Notes under the pieces: generated by a model
Databases searched by the model: none
What the model was told of the DNA's origin: nothing
Seen by the model: only the letters and a program-made list of their open reading frames with translations
Position numbers and translations under genes: made by a program
Shown: positions 18,955-29,420 of the stretch, piece after piece
How the letters are laid out: every line of letters starts with the position of its first letter
How positions within the stretch are numbered: position 1 is the first letter of the stretch
Source of the DNA: an uncultured virus (IMG/VR IMGVR_UViG_3300027996_000020)
Taxonomy: Duplodnaviria > Heunggongvirae > Uroviricota > Caudoviricetes
DNA: 64,000 nt
Virus record (IMG/VR): IMGVR_UViG_3300027996_000020
Strand: one strand, 5' to 3'

Positions 18955-20018
18955 TAACTACCGCTTACTTCCGCGTTGAGAACAAAAGAACTTCCAGAGA
19001 CTAAGCCAACCGATCCGCTACTCGTCCAGGCATAGGCGTTTATTCCATCTACAACAGCGCTCCCGGTTGTAAAGGGCCCAGAAGGATTATGCCCAATTCC
19101 GGCAATTATATTTGTTGCCGATGACCCGCTGGCAAAAAGATGTCCGGTTACTCCATAAGTATTAAAAGAATCCAGCCCGAGAGTGGTCCCAAGAATATCT
19201 GTATTGACTCTCACATATTCGCCAGTCAGAGGGTTTGCTTCGGCAACAACCGGAGTCACCGCGATGGCTCCTGATAGGTTGTTTGCTTGAGCGTTCGACC
19301 CTGTATTAGAAGCGGGCGACCAAGATCCAGAGTCGGAGACATCGAGGCTAGCTTCTGTTCTTGTAACAAATTGTCCATAGGGATTTGGATCAGATAGACT
19401 ATCATAAAAGATAATATCCGAAAGCATAGTAAATTTTCCAGCATCTTCAAGCGCGTTGAAAACCGCATATATTTCAGTCTCTGGCTGGATGAAGCCATGG
19501 GTTGTACTCCCAGACGCCGCAGAAATTCCATTAACAAAAAGCTCTGCGCCCCAGGTGCCCAAACTGGGAGTCCCCATCGTCATGTCATATTTTATAGAAA
19601 TATTGTGCCAAGTGTCTTTTGCTAGACCCAACGATGTCTGATCAATAAAACTGTTGTTTATGATGATAGAAAAGTTATTTCCACCCTGGGCTTGGATTGC
19701 AATAGTTTTCAACGAAATGGGGCCCACGATTTCTATTATTCGTCTACTTATTTCAAAGTCATTCGCCGGGTCATTAAAATAAAAATAGAAACTAACCCAA
19801 CCTTTTCCGGCGCCGACTTTAAGAGGAGTTGTGACACCCCCATTCGCGTGATCCATCTGTAGTGCCCATCGATCACTTGCATCGCCAGTATATGTATGTA
19901 TAAAATCTTGTGACGACGAATAGATGGTGGGGCTGGTACTACTAAATTGCCACTGTGCCAAGTCGTTTAATTCTAATGCTGTTTCGGGGCCAAAAGCCCA
20001 ACTCCATTTATAAGCCAT
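18954..20018 (-). CDS. putative structural protein, LamG/concanavalin-like beta-sandwich
   Basis: DTWHNISIKYD...AELFVNG; G/S/T-rich; paralogue of the next gene. Confidence 0.55.
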   Translation of the reverse strand: MAYKWSWAFGPETALELNDLAQWQFSSTSPTIYSSSQDFIHTYTGDASDRWALQMDHANGGVTTPLKVGAGKGWVSFYFYFNDPANDFEISRRIIEIVGPISLKTIAIQAQGGNNFSIIINNSFIDQTSLGLAKDTWHNISIKYDMTMGTPSLGTWGAELFVNGISAASGSTTHGFIQPETEIYAVFNALEDAGKFTMLSDIIFYDSLSDPNPYGQFVTRTEASLDVSDSGSWSPASNTGSNAQANNLSGAIAVTPVVAEANPLTGEYVRVNTDILGTTLGLDSFNTYGVTGHLFASGSSATNIIAGIGHNPSGPFTTGSAVVDGINAYAWTSSGSVGLVSGSSFVLNAEVSGS

Positions 20019-20077
20019 TATATTTCCCCCAATATATGATGCAGATTATTTTAGACATTTTTCAAAATTCCTTTAAT

Positions 20078-21142
20078 TTAATTAGATTTCATAGACGATG
20101 AGGCGGCGTTAATAGATGCCACATTCCACGGAGTAACTCCTGAACTAGCCGTAGCGAAAACGGTAGAGAAATCTCCTTCAGAGTCAATAACAACGGGAGT
20201 ACCACTAATTGCATTTATGGATCCGGTTGCTGAAATATAACTTCCGTCGCCTCTGTGAAAAGCTATTTGATGCAACGATTTGACTGATGTGGGAAGGTAT
20301 CCCGCATCAACGTCGGACGTATTTTGCATCCCAACAATTAAGTTGCTCGTCGCAGAGCCGGTCAATTTTGCATAATTTGTAGGAGCCGGCTCGTCAATAG
20401 AGCCGGTTAGGACTTCATAAAGATTAGTCTGGGAATCATTATCTGATCTTCTCCAGTCACCATCAAGCACGTCGGCATTTGGCCTCAGCCCTTGAATATA
20501 CAATGCATCGTTTCCGCTATCTGAAATACTATCAAAAACAAAAGTATGATCAAAATAATGTGTCCGGTCGCCACCGAAACTAAAAGCAGTACCCTCCCAA
20601 ATTATTTGATTTCCAACAATAGAGCCGGCGGCCGCCACGGTTCCAGATAAAAGGGGAACACTATTTACATATAATTCTGCTCCCCACGTTGATCCTCGGG
20701 TATCAAATTTAATTCCCAGTCGATACCATCGATCCACCGACCAAACCAAACTCGTCTCTGAATCTTCTGACCCACTTATTCTAAGTTGAAATTTATTATC
20801 ATCAACAGAACATCCTATAATTTCTGTGGTTCCGCTTACAAGAGATAGAACAGGTGTCTGGGTTGGGGAGGCACTCCCGGCTCCACCGCCAGCCTTCCAA
20901 TAACCTACGAGCCATCCATTATCTACGCTTACTATATCAGCAGAACTAAAAAGTATATTCTGACCGTTAAAGCCAAGGCGCAAACACCTGCTTCCGCCCC
21001 CATAACCAATCAATGGCTGCGCCGAATCTGCATAATTTGTACTCGAACCGCCGGTGTCGCCAAAAGTCCAACTCCATCCAGCATCCTGATATTTTTCCTT
21101 AGCGGCATCAATTTCCCAACCCCAACTCCAAACTAAAGCCAT
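20078..21142 (-). CDS. putative structural protein, LamG/concanavalin-like beta-sandwich
   Basis: DRWYRLGIKFD..TWGAELYVNS; shares WSW N-terminus with 18954..20018. Confidence 0.55.
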   Translation of the reverse strand: MALVWSWGWEIDAAKEKYQDAGWSWTFGDTGGSSTNYADSAQPLIGYGGGSRCLRLGFNGQNILFSSADIVSVDNGWLVGYWKAGGGAGSASPTQTPVLSLVSGTTEIIGCSVDDNKFQLRISGSEDSETSLVWSVDRWYRLGIKFDTRGSTWGAELYVNSVPLLSGTVAAAGSIVGNQIIWEGTAFSFGGDRTHYFDHTFVFDSISDSGNDALYIQGLRPNADVLDGDWRRSDNDSQTNLYEVLTGSIDEPAPTNYAKLTGSATSNLIVGMQNTSDVDAGYLPTSVKSLHQIAFHRGDGSYISATGSINAISGTPVVIDSEGDFSTVFATASSGVTPWNVASINAASSSMKSN

Positions 21143-23091
21143 TACCAAAGTCTCCTTACTAATTCATAGTATAATCGCTCTCTTCTTTCATTTAAAGAAT
21201 TTCCAAAAGCCCTGTTTGTTTGTTTATAATTATCTTCCCAATCGCGGAAACACATATTTCCTCTTAAATAGGCATCTTCTTCCATTTTTCTCAAATGTTT
21301 ATCATTTTGAGCATAACCTTCGCCCATTCCTAAATTTTGATCAAATTGACCATCGCAGTTCTGTGCGTGATGAACAAGCTCATGAGATAAAGATCTCATA
21401 ACATCTTTTGGGTGACGATTATCAGTGTAAACTGAGACAGTCATATTCTCAGGTTCATATTGTGCTGTCCTCCCCAGTGTTTTTTGAGCATTCTCCGGAT
21501 CTGAAATAAATTTAATTTCTGGATCCTCATCATATCCGAGCCTCTTTTTTGCGAAGGGCATAAAGGATTTTAAATATTCATCTATATCTTGTCTGGAAAA
21601 ACTCTCGTTAAGAGATTCTTCATCCCCGGCCGTTTTATCTATTTCTTTTTGAATAAATCTGATTGGGTTTGTATTTGGTTTTTTAAGCAAATAAGTATCC
21701 AATATTTGAAGATGTTTATATTTTTTAGCATCAAATAATTTTTTTAATGTAGCCGCTGGTTTATCTTTATAAAGTTTAAATTTTGTAAAAGCACTGATGA
21801 CGTTCTGAAATATTTGTTGGATATTTTGATTTTCTGCCGTTAATGAATTTATACTATTCATAACCCAATCCGCAAAGGAATCGTCGTGTAAAGTTTGAAT
21901 CATCTCGGGATTACCTAAATAATTTCCAAAAATAAAATATTTAAAAAGAGTTGACACATTCTCAGCAGTCAATTCTCCCGAGGCATCTTGAATATTTTTA
22001 ATCGCCCTTTCAAGTTTGGGTATAATCTTGGCAGCGTCCTTTTCTGTAAATGCTGCTTCATCTTCGGCAGACTCATACCCGCGACTTCTTGAAATTTTAT
22101 TTTTTACAAGCTTCTGAATATAGCTAATTAAAATTTTAGCAATATCTCCAACATTCAAAGATTGCATCATTCCGCGCGCTTGATCATCATATTCTGTCGC
22201 TTCCGTAAGAAATTCTCTAAGTTCATCATCCGGTTTGTACATCCTCTCCCGGCCGGGCTCCATCCCTCGTAATCGCGCCGTCACCGAAGTAATAAACACT
22301 CGAACAAGATCTTCGGATGTGTTTATCCCCTTCTCATCCCAATCTGCCGCTATCTTTAAAAACGTTTCAAACTTTGGAAATCCCAAACCATGAGCACCAG
22401 GACCCATTGTTTCAATATTATTTTCTTTAAAAATATTATCTAAAGTTTTATAATATTCAACTGCTTTATTAACTTTATTATCCTTTTCTTCCTTCATATG
22501 TTGCGAAATAACCTTGTGCTCTCGCAACTTACCCCCCAGATCAAGAAGTTTCTTCATTTTGTTCCCCGCGTCCGATTCGCTCTCAACGGGAGTGTTGTTT
22601 ATTTGATCATACCAGCGACCAACTATGGTCATAGCTTCTTTATATTTTGATTTCCAGTCTTCCGCTGCGACTCCCTCTTCTAATCCACTGCCGATCAATT
22701 CAATAAACTTTTTTCGGATTTTCAACGGGACTGGATCGGGGAAACCAAAACTGGAGATCCGCGATGCTATTTCTTTTGCCGGCGGCCGAGGTTCTTGAGC
22801 TAATTCTGTTTCAATATTATCCCACTGATCGCTTTTACCTGTCATATCAATTAATTTTTTATATATTTGTTTATATTCGGCTTGACTTTTAGAACCTAAT
22901 AATTTTTTAATAAGAGATACTTTTACCTTATACTCGGAGTCCAGTTCTGCCCCCGTTCCGCTTGGAACAAAAAGTTTTCCCCGTTTTTCCGTCCCGCCAG
23001 AAAATTCATCGGCGGCGACCTCATTAAATAAACTCTCGCCCCCACTCTCAAGCGACTCTCTTAGCAATTTTTTGAAATCATCAGTATTCAT
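21142..23091 (-). CDS. large protein with C-terminal zincin-like metallopeptidase domain
   Basis: RSLSHELVHHAQ...EEDAY; multiple LxE sites (LFNE, LTE, SLNE). Confidence 0.6.
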   Translation of the reverse strand: MNTDDFKKLLRESLESGGESLFNEVAADEFSGGTEKRGKLFVPSGTGAELDSEYKVKVSLIKKLLGSKSQAEYKQIYKKLIDMTGKSDQWDNIETELAQEPRPPAKEIASRISSFGFPDPVPLKIRKKFIELIGSGLEEGVAAEDWKSKYKEAMTIVGRWYDQINNTPVESESDAGNKMKKLLDLGGKLREHKVISQHMKEEKDNKVNKAVEYYKTLDNIFKENNIETMGPGAHGLGFPKFETFLKIAADWDEKGINTSEDLVRVFITSVTARLRGMEPGRERMYKPDDELREFLTEATEYDDQARGMMQSLNVGDIAKILISYIQKLVKNKISRSRGYESAEDEAAFTEKDAAKIIPKLERAIKNIQDASGELTAENVSTLFKYFIFGNYLGNPEMIQTLHDDSFADWVMNSINSLTAENQNIQQIFQNVISAFTKFKLYKDKPAATLKKLFDAKKYKHLQILDTYLLKKPNTNPIRFIQKEIDKTAGDEESLNESFSRQDIDEYLKSFMPFAKKRLGYDEDPEIKFISDPENAQKTLGRTAQYEPENMTVSVYTDNRHPKDVMRSLSHELVHHAQNCDGQFDQNLGMGEGYAQNDKHLRKMEEDAYLRGNMCFRDWEDNYKQTNRAFGNSLNERRERLYYELVRRLW

Positions 23092-23119
23092 TTTATAGAG
23101 GTATTCCTTTCCACTATAA

Positions 23120-23371
23120 TTAGTCTTGAACTCTGGAAAGATTAGTCAAATTTGAAAGCAATACATTGTCGCGCATGTCTTCCCCCATAATATAAATCTT
23201 TGCAAAGGGGAATTGTCTACTTGATGCCTCAGTTATAAAAATTTCCAAGATGATTCCAGTTTTATCTTGGACGAGTCTTTTCCAACTAACCAGATCGCCA
23301 ACGGAAAATTGTTCTAATAAATCTTCTCCGATAATTGGCATCTTATCTTTGATTGATCGTTCATTCCTCAT
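23120..23371 (-). CDS. small SH3/KOW-like hypothetical protein
   Basis: FSVGDLVSW...TGIILEI. Confidence 0.55.
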   Translation of the reverse strand: MRNERSIKDKMPIIGEDLLEQFSVGDLVSWKRLVQDKTGIILEIFITEASSRQFPFAKIYIMGEDMRDNVLLSNLTNLSRVQD

Positions 23372-23735
23372 AGCGACTAGTCGGATAAATGGGGCTAGTT
23401 TCTGTGGGCTTGATTCCCTGATCTCTGAGAGCCATAAGAGAGCTTACAACATACTCGACAGCTTGTCTTGCTCTTTCCATCTGATCATCAATAAGAAAAT
23501 CTAAATCTGCTTTTTGAATTATTCCTTCGCCGTAATCCATTTTTGCTTTTTCGATTATCTGATCTAGGGAATTTTTAGCTCCTTGAACAAAACTTTCATA
23601 ACGATGAAGAGTATCTTTTCTTGCAGCGACAACTTGATTTGCCTCTCCTTGATCATTTAGATAATATTCTTTTAAGAATTCCTCGTTTGAATCTTTGACG
23701 ATGTTTTTTATATCTTTTTTTGTTAAGTCTTTCAT
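23361..23735 (-). CDS. hypothetical protein (leader-family variant MKDLTKKDIKNIVKD)
   Basis: ACTAATTA 5 nt before ATG. Confidence 0.65.
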   Translation of the reverse strand: MKDLTKKDIKNIVKDSNEEFLKEYYLNDQGEANQVVAARKDTLHRYESFVQGAKNSLDQIIEKAKMDYGEGIIQKADLDFLIDDQMERARQAVEYVVSSLMALRDQGIKPTETSPIYPTSRYEE

Positions 23736-23756
23736 ATTATTAATTAGTTATTTTTT

Positions 23757-24059
23757 TTAATTAAAACCAATATCTTGAACATATTCAAGAGGAATAAACA
23801 AAAAATTACCTCCCGAGGCCCTTACAAGAACTTTATTATTTTCATCTGGCGCTGACATTTGCACAACTTCCGTATTGTGCTTTGCCATCACCATCTTTCT
23901 TTTTATAGGATCTAAAACCCACTGGTTACTCTCATTTGGAAAATTTAATATTTGATAAGGAAGAGAGTCTTCAACTTCTCCATCTTCATTCTCAAGAGCA
24001 CTTTCTAAAACTTCTTCGAACATTTCTAATAGCTTATCTCGTTGTTTGTCCAGTGGCAT
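23757..24059 (-). CDS. hypothetical protein
   Basis: AGGAG SD. Confidence 0.65.
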   Translation of the reverse strand: MPLDKQRDKLLEMFEEVLESALENEDGEVEDSLPYQILNFPNESNQWVLDPIKRKMVMAKHNTEVVQMSAPDENNKVLVRASGGNFLFIPLEYVQDIGFN

Positions 24060-24105
24060 AACAAATCTCCTTTATAACCTATTTATAATTAGATTTTCAA
24101 TGCTC

Positions 24106-24432
24106 CTACTTCTCATCTATTTCAAAAAGAGAAGTTAAAAACCAATTATCATCTAATTCATCCCATTCTTCTATTATGACCTTTGGTTCAAAGAGATCTA
24201 CCTGCTCATCTAAATTCCAAAACTCCAAAAGAGAATATTTGGCAGTCTCGGGAGTCGCAGAGGGGCTGTTAAACCAATAAATTCGAACCATTGGTTCTTC
24301 AATCATCTCTTTATCAATGGCGGACCAGCTTTCTCTAATATGATATCCTGGCTTATAATCAATAATAACGCCCACATGATCGCTTTGGATTGCGCCAAAT
24401 TTCTGAACATACTTTATAAGATTTCCTTTCAT
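24106..24432 (-). CDS. hypothetical protein
   Basis: ORF in minus-strand run. Confidence 0.55.
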   Translation of the reverse strand: MKGNLIKYVQKFGAIQSDHVGVIIDYKPGYHIRESWSAIDKEMIEEPMVRIYWFNSPSATPETAKYSLLEFWNLDEQVDLFEPKVIIEEWDELDDNWFLTSLFEIDEK

Positions 24433-24692
24433 TCTTCATCCGGAGGAGGCAATAAAATACAAATACCTACCAAACTATATAATAACATACTTCCACCAAT
24501 TAGGCAAGTAGAAAAGCTTTTTAATTGTAATCCTATAAAAAGTGTAAAAAGATTGGCCGCAAACATAGCAAGCCAAATAATCAACATCCCATTTTTCGTC
24601 ATAAAAATCTCTCCTCAAACCTCTGTGAAACGATTTTTCTTAAATTGAATAAAAGTACTTACTCACTCTTTCAAAATAGCACGATGCCCTAT

Positions 24693-25271
24693 TTAAACGC
24701 CTTCTAGGTCCCGTTCTTCTGCCAACATCTCAAGAATAATGTCCTCGATTTTTCCTCTGCGAAATCCGGCCTCTTCTCTGACATATATCATCTCTTTATT
24801 AATAATAAAAAATGAAGGAAAGGCTGTCACGGGCCATCCACTCTGAGGGCTCAAACTCATAAAATCTCTGCTCCCTGCGAGGACAGGAGCGCTCTCAATT
24901 CCAAACGCATCTGCCCACGCTTTTGCATCGGCGACATTTGGGTTTTTGCGACTCGCATCTTCGACCAATAGGGTTAAATAAACAATATCATCTCCATATC
25001 TAGTTTGCAGATCTTCTACTTCGCTGGCCGCCGTTCGACAAGGCCCACACCACATGGCACTAATATCTAAAATAATGATTTTTCCATAAACATCATAAAG
25101 AGATACCTCTCGATCGTTTTGATCTTTGAGAATAAAATTACAGGGATGATCTCCAATAGCTTGGGAACAATCTATACCCCATCCCGGATTCTTTGAATCA
25201 AACTCAGGGATATCGCACGATCCCCCCAAAATTAAACTTGTTAAAAGAAAAAAACTACTTATATATCTCAT
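24693..25271 (-). CDS. TlpA/ResA-like thioredoxin-fold lipoprotein
   Basis: WCGPC, FPSFFIIN; hydrophobic N-terminus ending GGSC. Confidence 0.85.
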   Translation of the reverse strand: MRYISSFFLLTSLILGGSCDIPEFDSKNPGWGIDCSQAIGDHPCNFILKDQNDREVSLYDVYGKIIILDISAMWCGPCRTAASEVEDLQTRYGDDIVYLTLLVEDASRKNPNVADAKAWADAFGIESAPVLAGSRDFMSLSPQSGWPVTAFPSFFIINKEMIYVREEAGFRRGKIEDIILEMLAEERDLEGV

Positions 25272-25349
25272 GCATTAAAACCCCCGCTATGCATAAGTAA
25301 TTATCGTAATAATTTCCAAAATTGAATTTATTTAAAACTAATTATATAT

Positions 25350-25505
25350 GTGAACGGACTAAGACCAGACAAATATAGAGTACTTTATGGCGTAGGCGCG
25401 ATAGTGATGGTGATGAGTTTACTATGGTATATTCACTATAGCACACACAAAGTAATCACGCGTGTCATTGACGGTATAGAAAAATGTCAGTGTGATGAAA
25501 ATTAA
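25350..25505 (+). CDS. small membrane protein (51 aa, GTG start; only plausible plus-strand gene)
   Basis: NGLRPDKYRVLYGVGAIVMVMSLLWYIHY...; ACTAATTA on + strand at 25337-25344. Confidence 0.45.
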   Translation: MNGLRPDKYRVLYGVGAIVMVMSLLWYIHYSTHKVITRVIDGIEKCQCDEN

Positions 25506-28060
25506 AAATTATATTTCTTAAATTTTCGTCGAATTTCATAAAGATCATTTATTTCCCCGACAGCCTGTTTGGTTTCTTTATTATATAAGTCTGGTGTTGG
25601 TATTTTGGATAATTTTATCATTTCTTCATAAAATTGCTTAGAAGTTGTAGAATTCTGCGCAATTTTAAAAATTTTACGATACATATCTTCAGCATCTGCC
25701 GCAAGCGACAGGGTATGGCCATCACCGCCCGATTGAATTCTGGAAGTTACAATCGATCCATTTTTTAAATCTCTTTCGAAAGATTTTAAAGAGGTTTGTT
25801 CTTTCTGTACATTAAATCCATTGTGAAAACCTTGTGTGGCAAGAGTTAAATAATTTACAACTTTTTTCTTTCTGTCAATGCCATTATAAATCATAATTTT
25901 CCAGTCTGAGAACTGTCTACCGAAAACACCCCCCTCGATTTGCTCCGATAAACCCTCGCTAATATGTGTTGCTAGTATACCAGCAGCACCGATGATTGAG
26001 GAATATTTTAAACTTTCGAGTGGTATTGTTTTTAAATAACTCTTTATTGTATTTCGTAATGTTCGAAAAGCCGAATCCTGATGATCATATTTTACAAAGA
26101 TATCTCCCTTCCTCATCTTTCTTACAAACTCAAAACCCGAAATTGGAGTTAGTGCTTTTCCCTCTAATTTATTAATAAAGCCAATAAGCTCTGCTTCATA
26201 TTCTTTCTTTTTGAACTCGGGATCTGCGGCCGCCTTTACGAGAAAAGCATAATATAAAGTTGCTTTCTTCATAATATCATATGTCAATCCCTCGTGTCCC
26301 GGATATCTAAATTCGATATAATTTCTTCTATTAACGTGAAATGTGTTAAATCCCACATTTTTAGAACCTATTCTGCTTGCTGTCATTGCGACAACATCGC
26401 TTAATTCTTTAGAAATTTCATCAAAGTTTTTAACTATTAAGTCTTTTAACAACCCGCGTTTACCTCTTGTCTCTGTCCCAACCATCGACATCTTTCTATC
26501 TGGAAATGGTATAGGACCTGATGGCCCAGCGCTATTCACAAGATCTTCTATCTTGGCGGCAATTCTATCAATAGCTGGCTGTTTTACATCGTGAGTCCAG
26601 CGCATGTTTTGTCTTGATGGAAAGCCCACCCCTTCGGTTGCATATGTATCATTTAAAAATAAGAGAGCCTTAAAAAGATTATAGTCTTCGGCCAACTCTA
26701 CATAGGGCTCTCCATCGCGAACACCCTGATCGGCAATATATCCAATATTAGTATGAAGCCCTGTATCCTCCGTCATACTAAAATATATTTCACCGTGATC
26801 TTCATAATCTTCGAAGAATATTCTGAGAAATTCGAAAGCATTATTCAAACCAGTCATATAAATAGGATCATCCATAGTAAATTCAATACCACAAGTCAAT
26901 GAGCCATCTTCTTTAAAATCAAGATTGGATGAATATTTACTCATAAAATTTGGAAAAGCTTCCCACAATTCCGCTTTCAAAGCATCAATCCCACAGCCAT
27001 TTCCACTTCGATTCTCTCTATATTCTTCCATCCATTGATCACGATCAAAATACTCATATTCTTCAGTTCCCAGTTCTTCAAGATATCTAACGGGATCCCT
27101 ATTAAACTCTTCAACGCGTTCATCGATCCATGAATCGGCGGCATCGTCAACGACCATTTTATATTTAGCCATTATCTTGCCAACCCAGTAAACATCATAA
27201 TCCACTGGATTGGATGAAAGATTTTTTAATATAGGCGTAACTTCTGAGGGTAAGTCATCTATCGCGTCTTGAAGAACATCGCTTGCACTATCAACAAATT
27301 TCATCCACCTGATCGAGCTAAAATTACCAATAAAATCTTTTATATTAATTTGAGAATTATTTTTGCGCGCTTCTGGCAGTACGCCAGCGGCATTTATTTG
27401 ATCGAGGTTAATAACAAAATAATTAATAAGTTTTTTAATTATTTCTGGAGATGCCAGAGCTTCAAGACCGGGAGGATATCCTTTCCCTCCTTCTGCTTCC
27501 CAATCAAAGGTTAATTGTTTTTCTTCCCACCCCATCATATTGGCAATTTCTCTTTGTGATGACGAACCCGATCTTAAAAGATATCGTAAAAACTTCGATG
27601 GTTCCTCATAAATACTTCTAAAAACTGAATCAAACGCTCCCTCAAGCCCTTCCTCATCATCATCTCCCATATATCCAAGCGCCGCCACAATAACATGTAT
27701 ATCATCTTTACTCAAGCCATCTACATATTCGAAATACCACTCTAGCATTTCACCTCCGTCATCGGGATGCTCTAAGCCGGCTTCTTTAAAGACATGGACC
27801 GGCCAGACCGATTCAAGATCATTCCTAAACCATTCGTCGGGATAACTGATATGATCGCGAGCAGCATCATACATCGCTTCCCCCAACTCATCCTCCGCTT
27901 CATAGATCCAATCATCATCCTCCTCATCATCAGCCACCAATTCAATCTCATATGCAATAGTAAATTTTTCTTCACTTTCCATTACTTCTTTTTCATCTCT
28001 TTTATTGAATTCTTTTAGAATTCTTTGAGATTCAGTTAAAAAATCTTTCCACTTTTTCAT
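25502..28060 (-). CDS. putative amidoligase (COOH-NH2 ligase type 2-like) with large acidic insertion
   Basis: YEIEL, EDGSL..GIEF, TGLHTNIG, YIEFRYPG; leader MKKWKDFLTE. Confidence 0.7.
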   Translation of the reverse strand: MKKWKDFLTESQRILKEFNKRDEKEVMESEEKFTIAYEIELVADDEEDDDWIYEAEDELGEAMYDAARDHISYPDEWFRNDLESVWPVHVFKEAGLEHPDDGGEMLEWYFEYVDGLSKDDIHVIVAALGYMGDDDEEGLEGAFDSVFRSIYEEPSKFLRYLLRSGSSSQREIANMMGWEEKQLTFDWEAEGGKGYPPGLEALASPEIIKKLINYFVINLDQINAAGVLPEARKNNSQINIKDFIGNFSSIRWMKFVDSASDVLQDAIDDLPSEVTPILKNLSSNPVDYDVYWVGKIMAKYKMVVDDAADSWIDERVEEFNRDPVRYLEELGTEEYEYFDRDQWMEEYRENRSGNGCGIDALKAELWEAFPNFMSKYSSNLDFKEDGSLTCGIEFTMDDPIYMTGLNNAFEFLRIFFEDYEDHGEIYFSMTEDTGLHTNIGYIADQGVRDGEPYVELAEDYNLFKALLFLNDTYATEGVGFPSRQNMRWTHDVKQPAIDRIAAKIEDLVNSAGPSGPIPFPDRKMSMVGTETRGKRGLLKDLIVKNFDEISKELSDVVAMTASRIGSKNVGFNTFHVNRRNYIEFRYPGHEGLTYDIMKKATLYYAFLVKAAADPEFKKKEYEAELIGFINKLEGKALTPISGFEFVRKMRKGDIFVKYDHQDSAFRTLRNTIKSYLKTIPLESLKYSSIIGAAGILATHISEGLSEQIEGGVFGRQFSDWKIMIYNGIDRKKKVVNYLTLATQGFHNGFNVQKEQTSLKSFERDLKNGSIVTSRIQSGGDGHTLSLAADAEDMYRKIFKIAQNSTTSKQFYEEMIKLSKIPTPDLYNKETKQAVGEINDLYEIRRKFKKYNF

Positions 28061-28083
28061 ATTATGGCCCCTCAATATAATAA

Positions 28084-28998
28084 TTAGTTCTTTATTAATT
28101 GAAAAAAGGAATTTATTATTCTTTTAAAAAACCCGTGAGTTTTATTAGGATAGAAGGTTAAGTGTTTCTTAAACTGAATAATTTTTTCAAAAGGGTCCCA
28201 AAGAGACATCCCAATTCCCATTTCCCGCGAGATGATCTCAAGGCATTCCATTTGTTTCTTCTCCGCATATTCGAACACTTCCAACGGGTCTAGCCCAAGA
28301 GTAATAATATCATCTTCTATTTCTTTAAGTCCAGTCATCTCAGCATTAATAATTTTCGCCTGCCACAAAATAAGACCAGCTAATTGAATTTTATTCATCT
28401 TTTTAATAATCTTAGGTAAATATTGAATCCCCAAAGCTATGTGTCTTGCTTCATCTATTTCATAATATTCAAGCAAATCAGTTAGAACAGGTTCTACTTT
28501 TATTTGTCGAACAAATCTAAAAATGGTCAACGCAATTGGCTCTATCATCAACTGCATTCCAAGAAGTTTCTTTGCGAGATTGTCTGTCTGTAAAACTTCA
28601 TCTAAGACATAAGAAATAGAAGGAGCCAGCGGTTCAGGAACATAGCCGAGTAAATCAAGATAATCTTTCATAACATAAAAATGACGAGCCTCATCGTGAG
28701 CCTGAGAAGTTGCAGCCAGTTTTGCGCTGAAATCATCAATTTCCGCCCCAAGTTGCAATGAGACTTTCCATGCTACAAGTTCTCCCCATAAAATGATGGA
28801 AAAAATGTTTTTTAATGCATCGGCTTTATCTTCTTCAATTGAGATACTTCCGTGTTTATAAAGCAATTCATTAAGAACTTTTTGGCCATCCCAAATTTTA
28901 GCTTGTCCTTTATAATAAATCCCTTCTAGAATTCGAGCACAACGTGCTTCTTGCTCTAGAAGGGATTGATTGTACATATGATAAGGAATCAATGTCAC
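28084..28998 (-). CDS. ferritin-like di-iron protein
   Basis: GELVA...DEARH and IEPIA...DEARH (two E...ExxH sets). Confidence 0.85.
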   Translation of the reverse strand: MTLIPYHMYNQSLLEQEARCARILEGIYYKGQAKIWDGQKVLNELLYKHGSISIEEDKADALKNIFSIILWGELVAWKVSLQLGAEIDDFSAKLAATSQAHDEARHFYVMKDYLDLLGYVPEPLAPSISYVLDEVLQTDNLAKKLLGMQLMIEPIALTIFRFVRQIKVEPVLTDLLEYYEIDEARHIALGIQYLPKIIKKMNKIQLAGLILWQAKIINAEMTGLKEIEDDIITLGLDPLEVFEYAEKKQMECLEIISREMGIGMSLWDPFEKIIQFKKHLTFYPNKTHGFFKRIINSFFQLIKN

Positions 28999-29010
28999 AC
29001 TGTCTACCTT

Positions 29011-29388
29011 TTATCCTAGTAGATAGCCGACACCGACGCCCGTAAACCATATACTACCCACAAAAATATAGACTTCTACGGGTGATTGAAGTGTCACAAA
29101 CTCTTTTGCGAGCAAGATAACTTCTTTAATTACATTAACCATGGTTACTCCTTTTTTCTTTTTTTCATCTTTAACATTTTGTTTTTCAATTTTATAAGCC
29201 TGTTTTAATACAGCTACTGGTTTTTTTCTATCTTTTTGGGCCTTCTTTGGGCTCCTAAGTGCTAATCTTTTTTCTTTTAGTGCTTGTTCTTTGGCTGCGA
29301 TAGATTGTTTTTCAATTATTTTTACAAGATCGTGGTGAGATAGTTTGTCTGTTTTATGAGATAATTTGACTGTTTTCTTTGTTGGCAT
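29011..29388 (-). CDS. basic protein with C-terminal TM helix
   Basis: K-rich N-terminus, hydrophobic C-terminus; ACTATTTA 4 nt before ATG. Confidence 0.6.
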   Translation of the reverse strand: MPTKKTVKLSHKTDKLSHHDLVKIIEKQSIAAKEQALKEKRLALRSPKKAQKDRKKPVAVLKQAYKIEKQNVKDEKKKKGVTMVNVIKEVILLAKEFVTLQSPVEVYIFVGSIWFTGVGVGYLLG

Positions 29389-29420
29389 ACTATAAATAGT
29401 CTCAATTTCTAAGAAACTTC

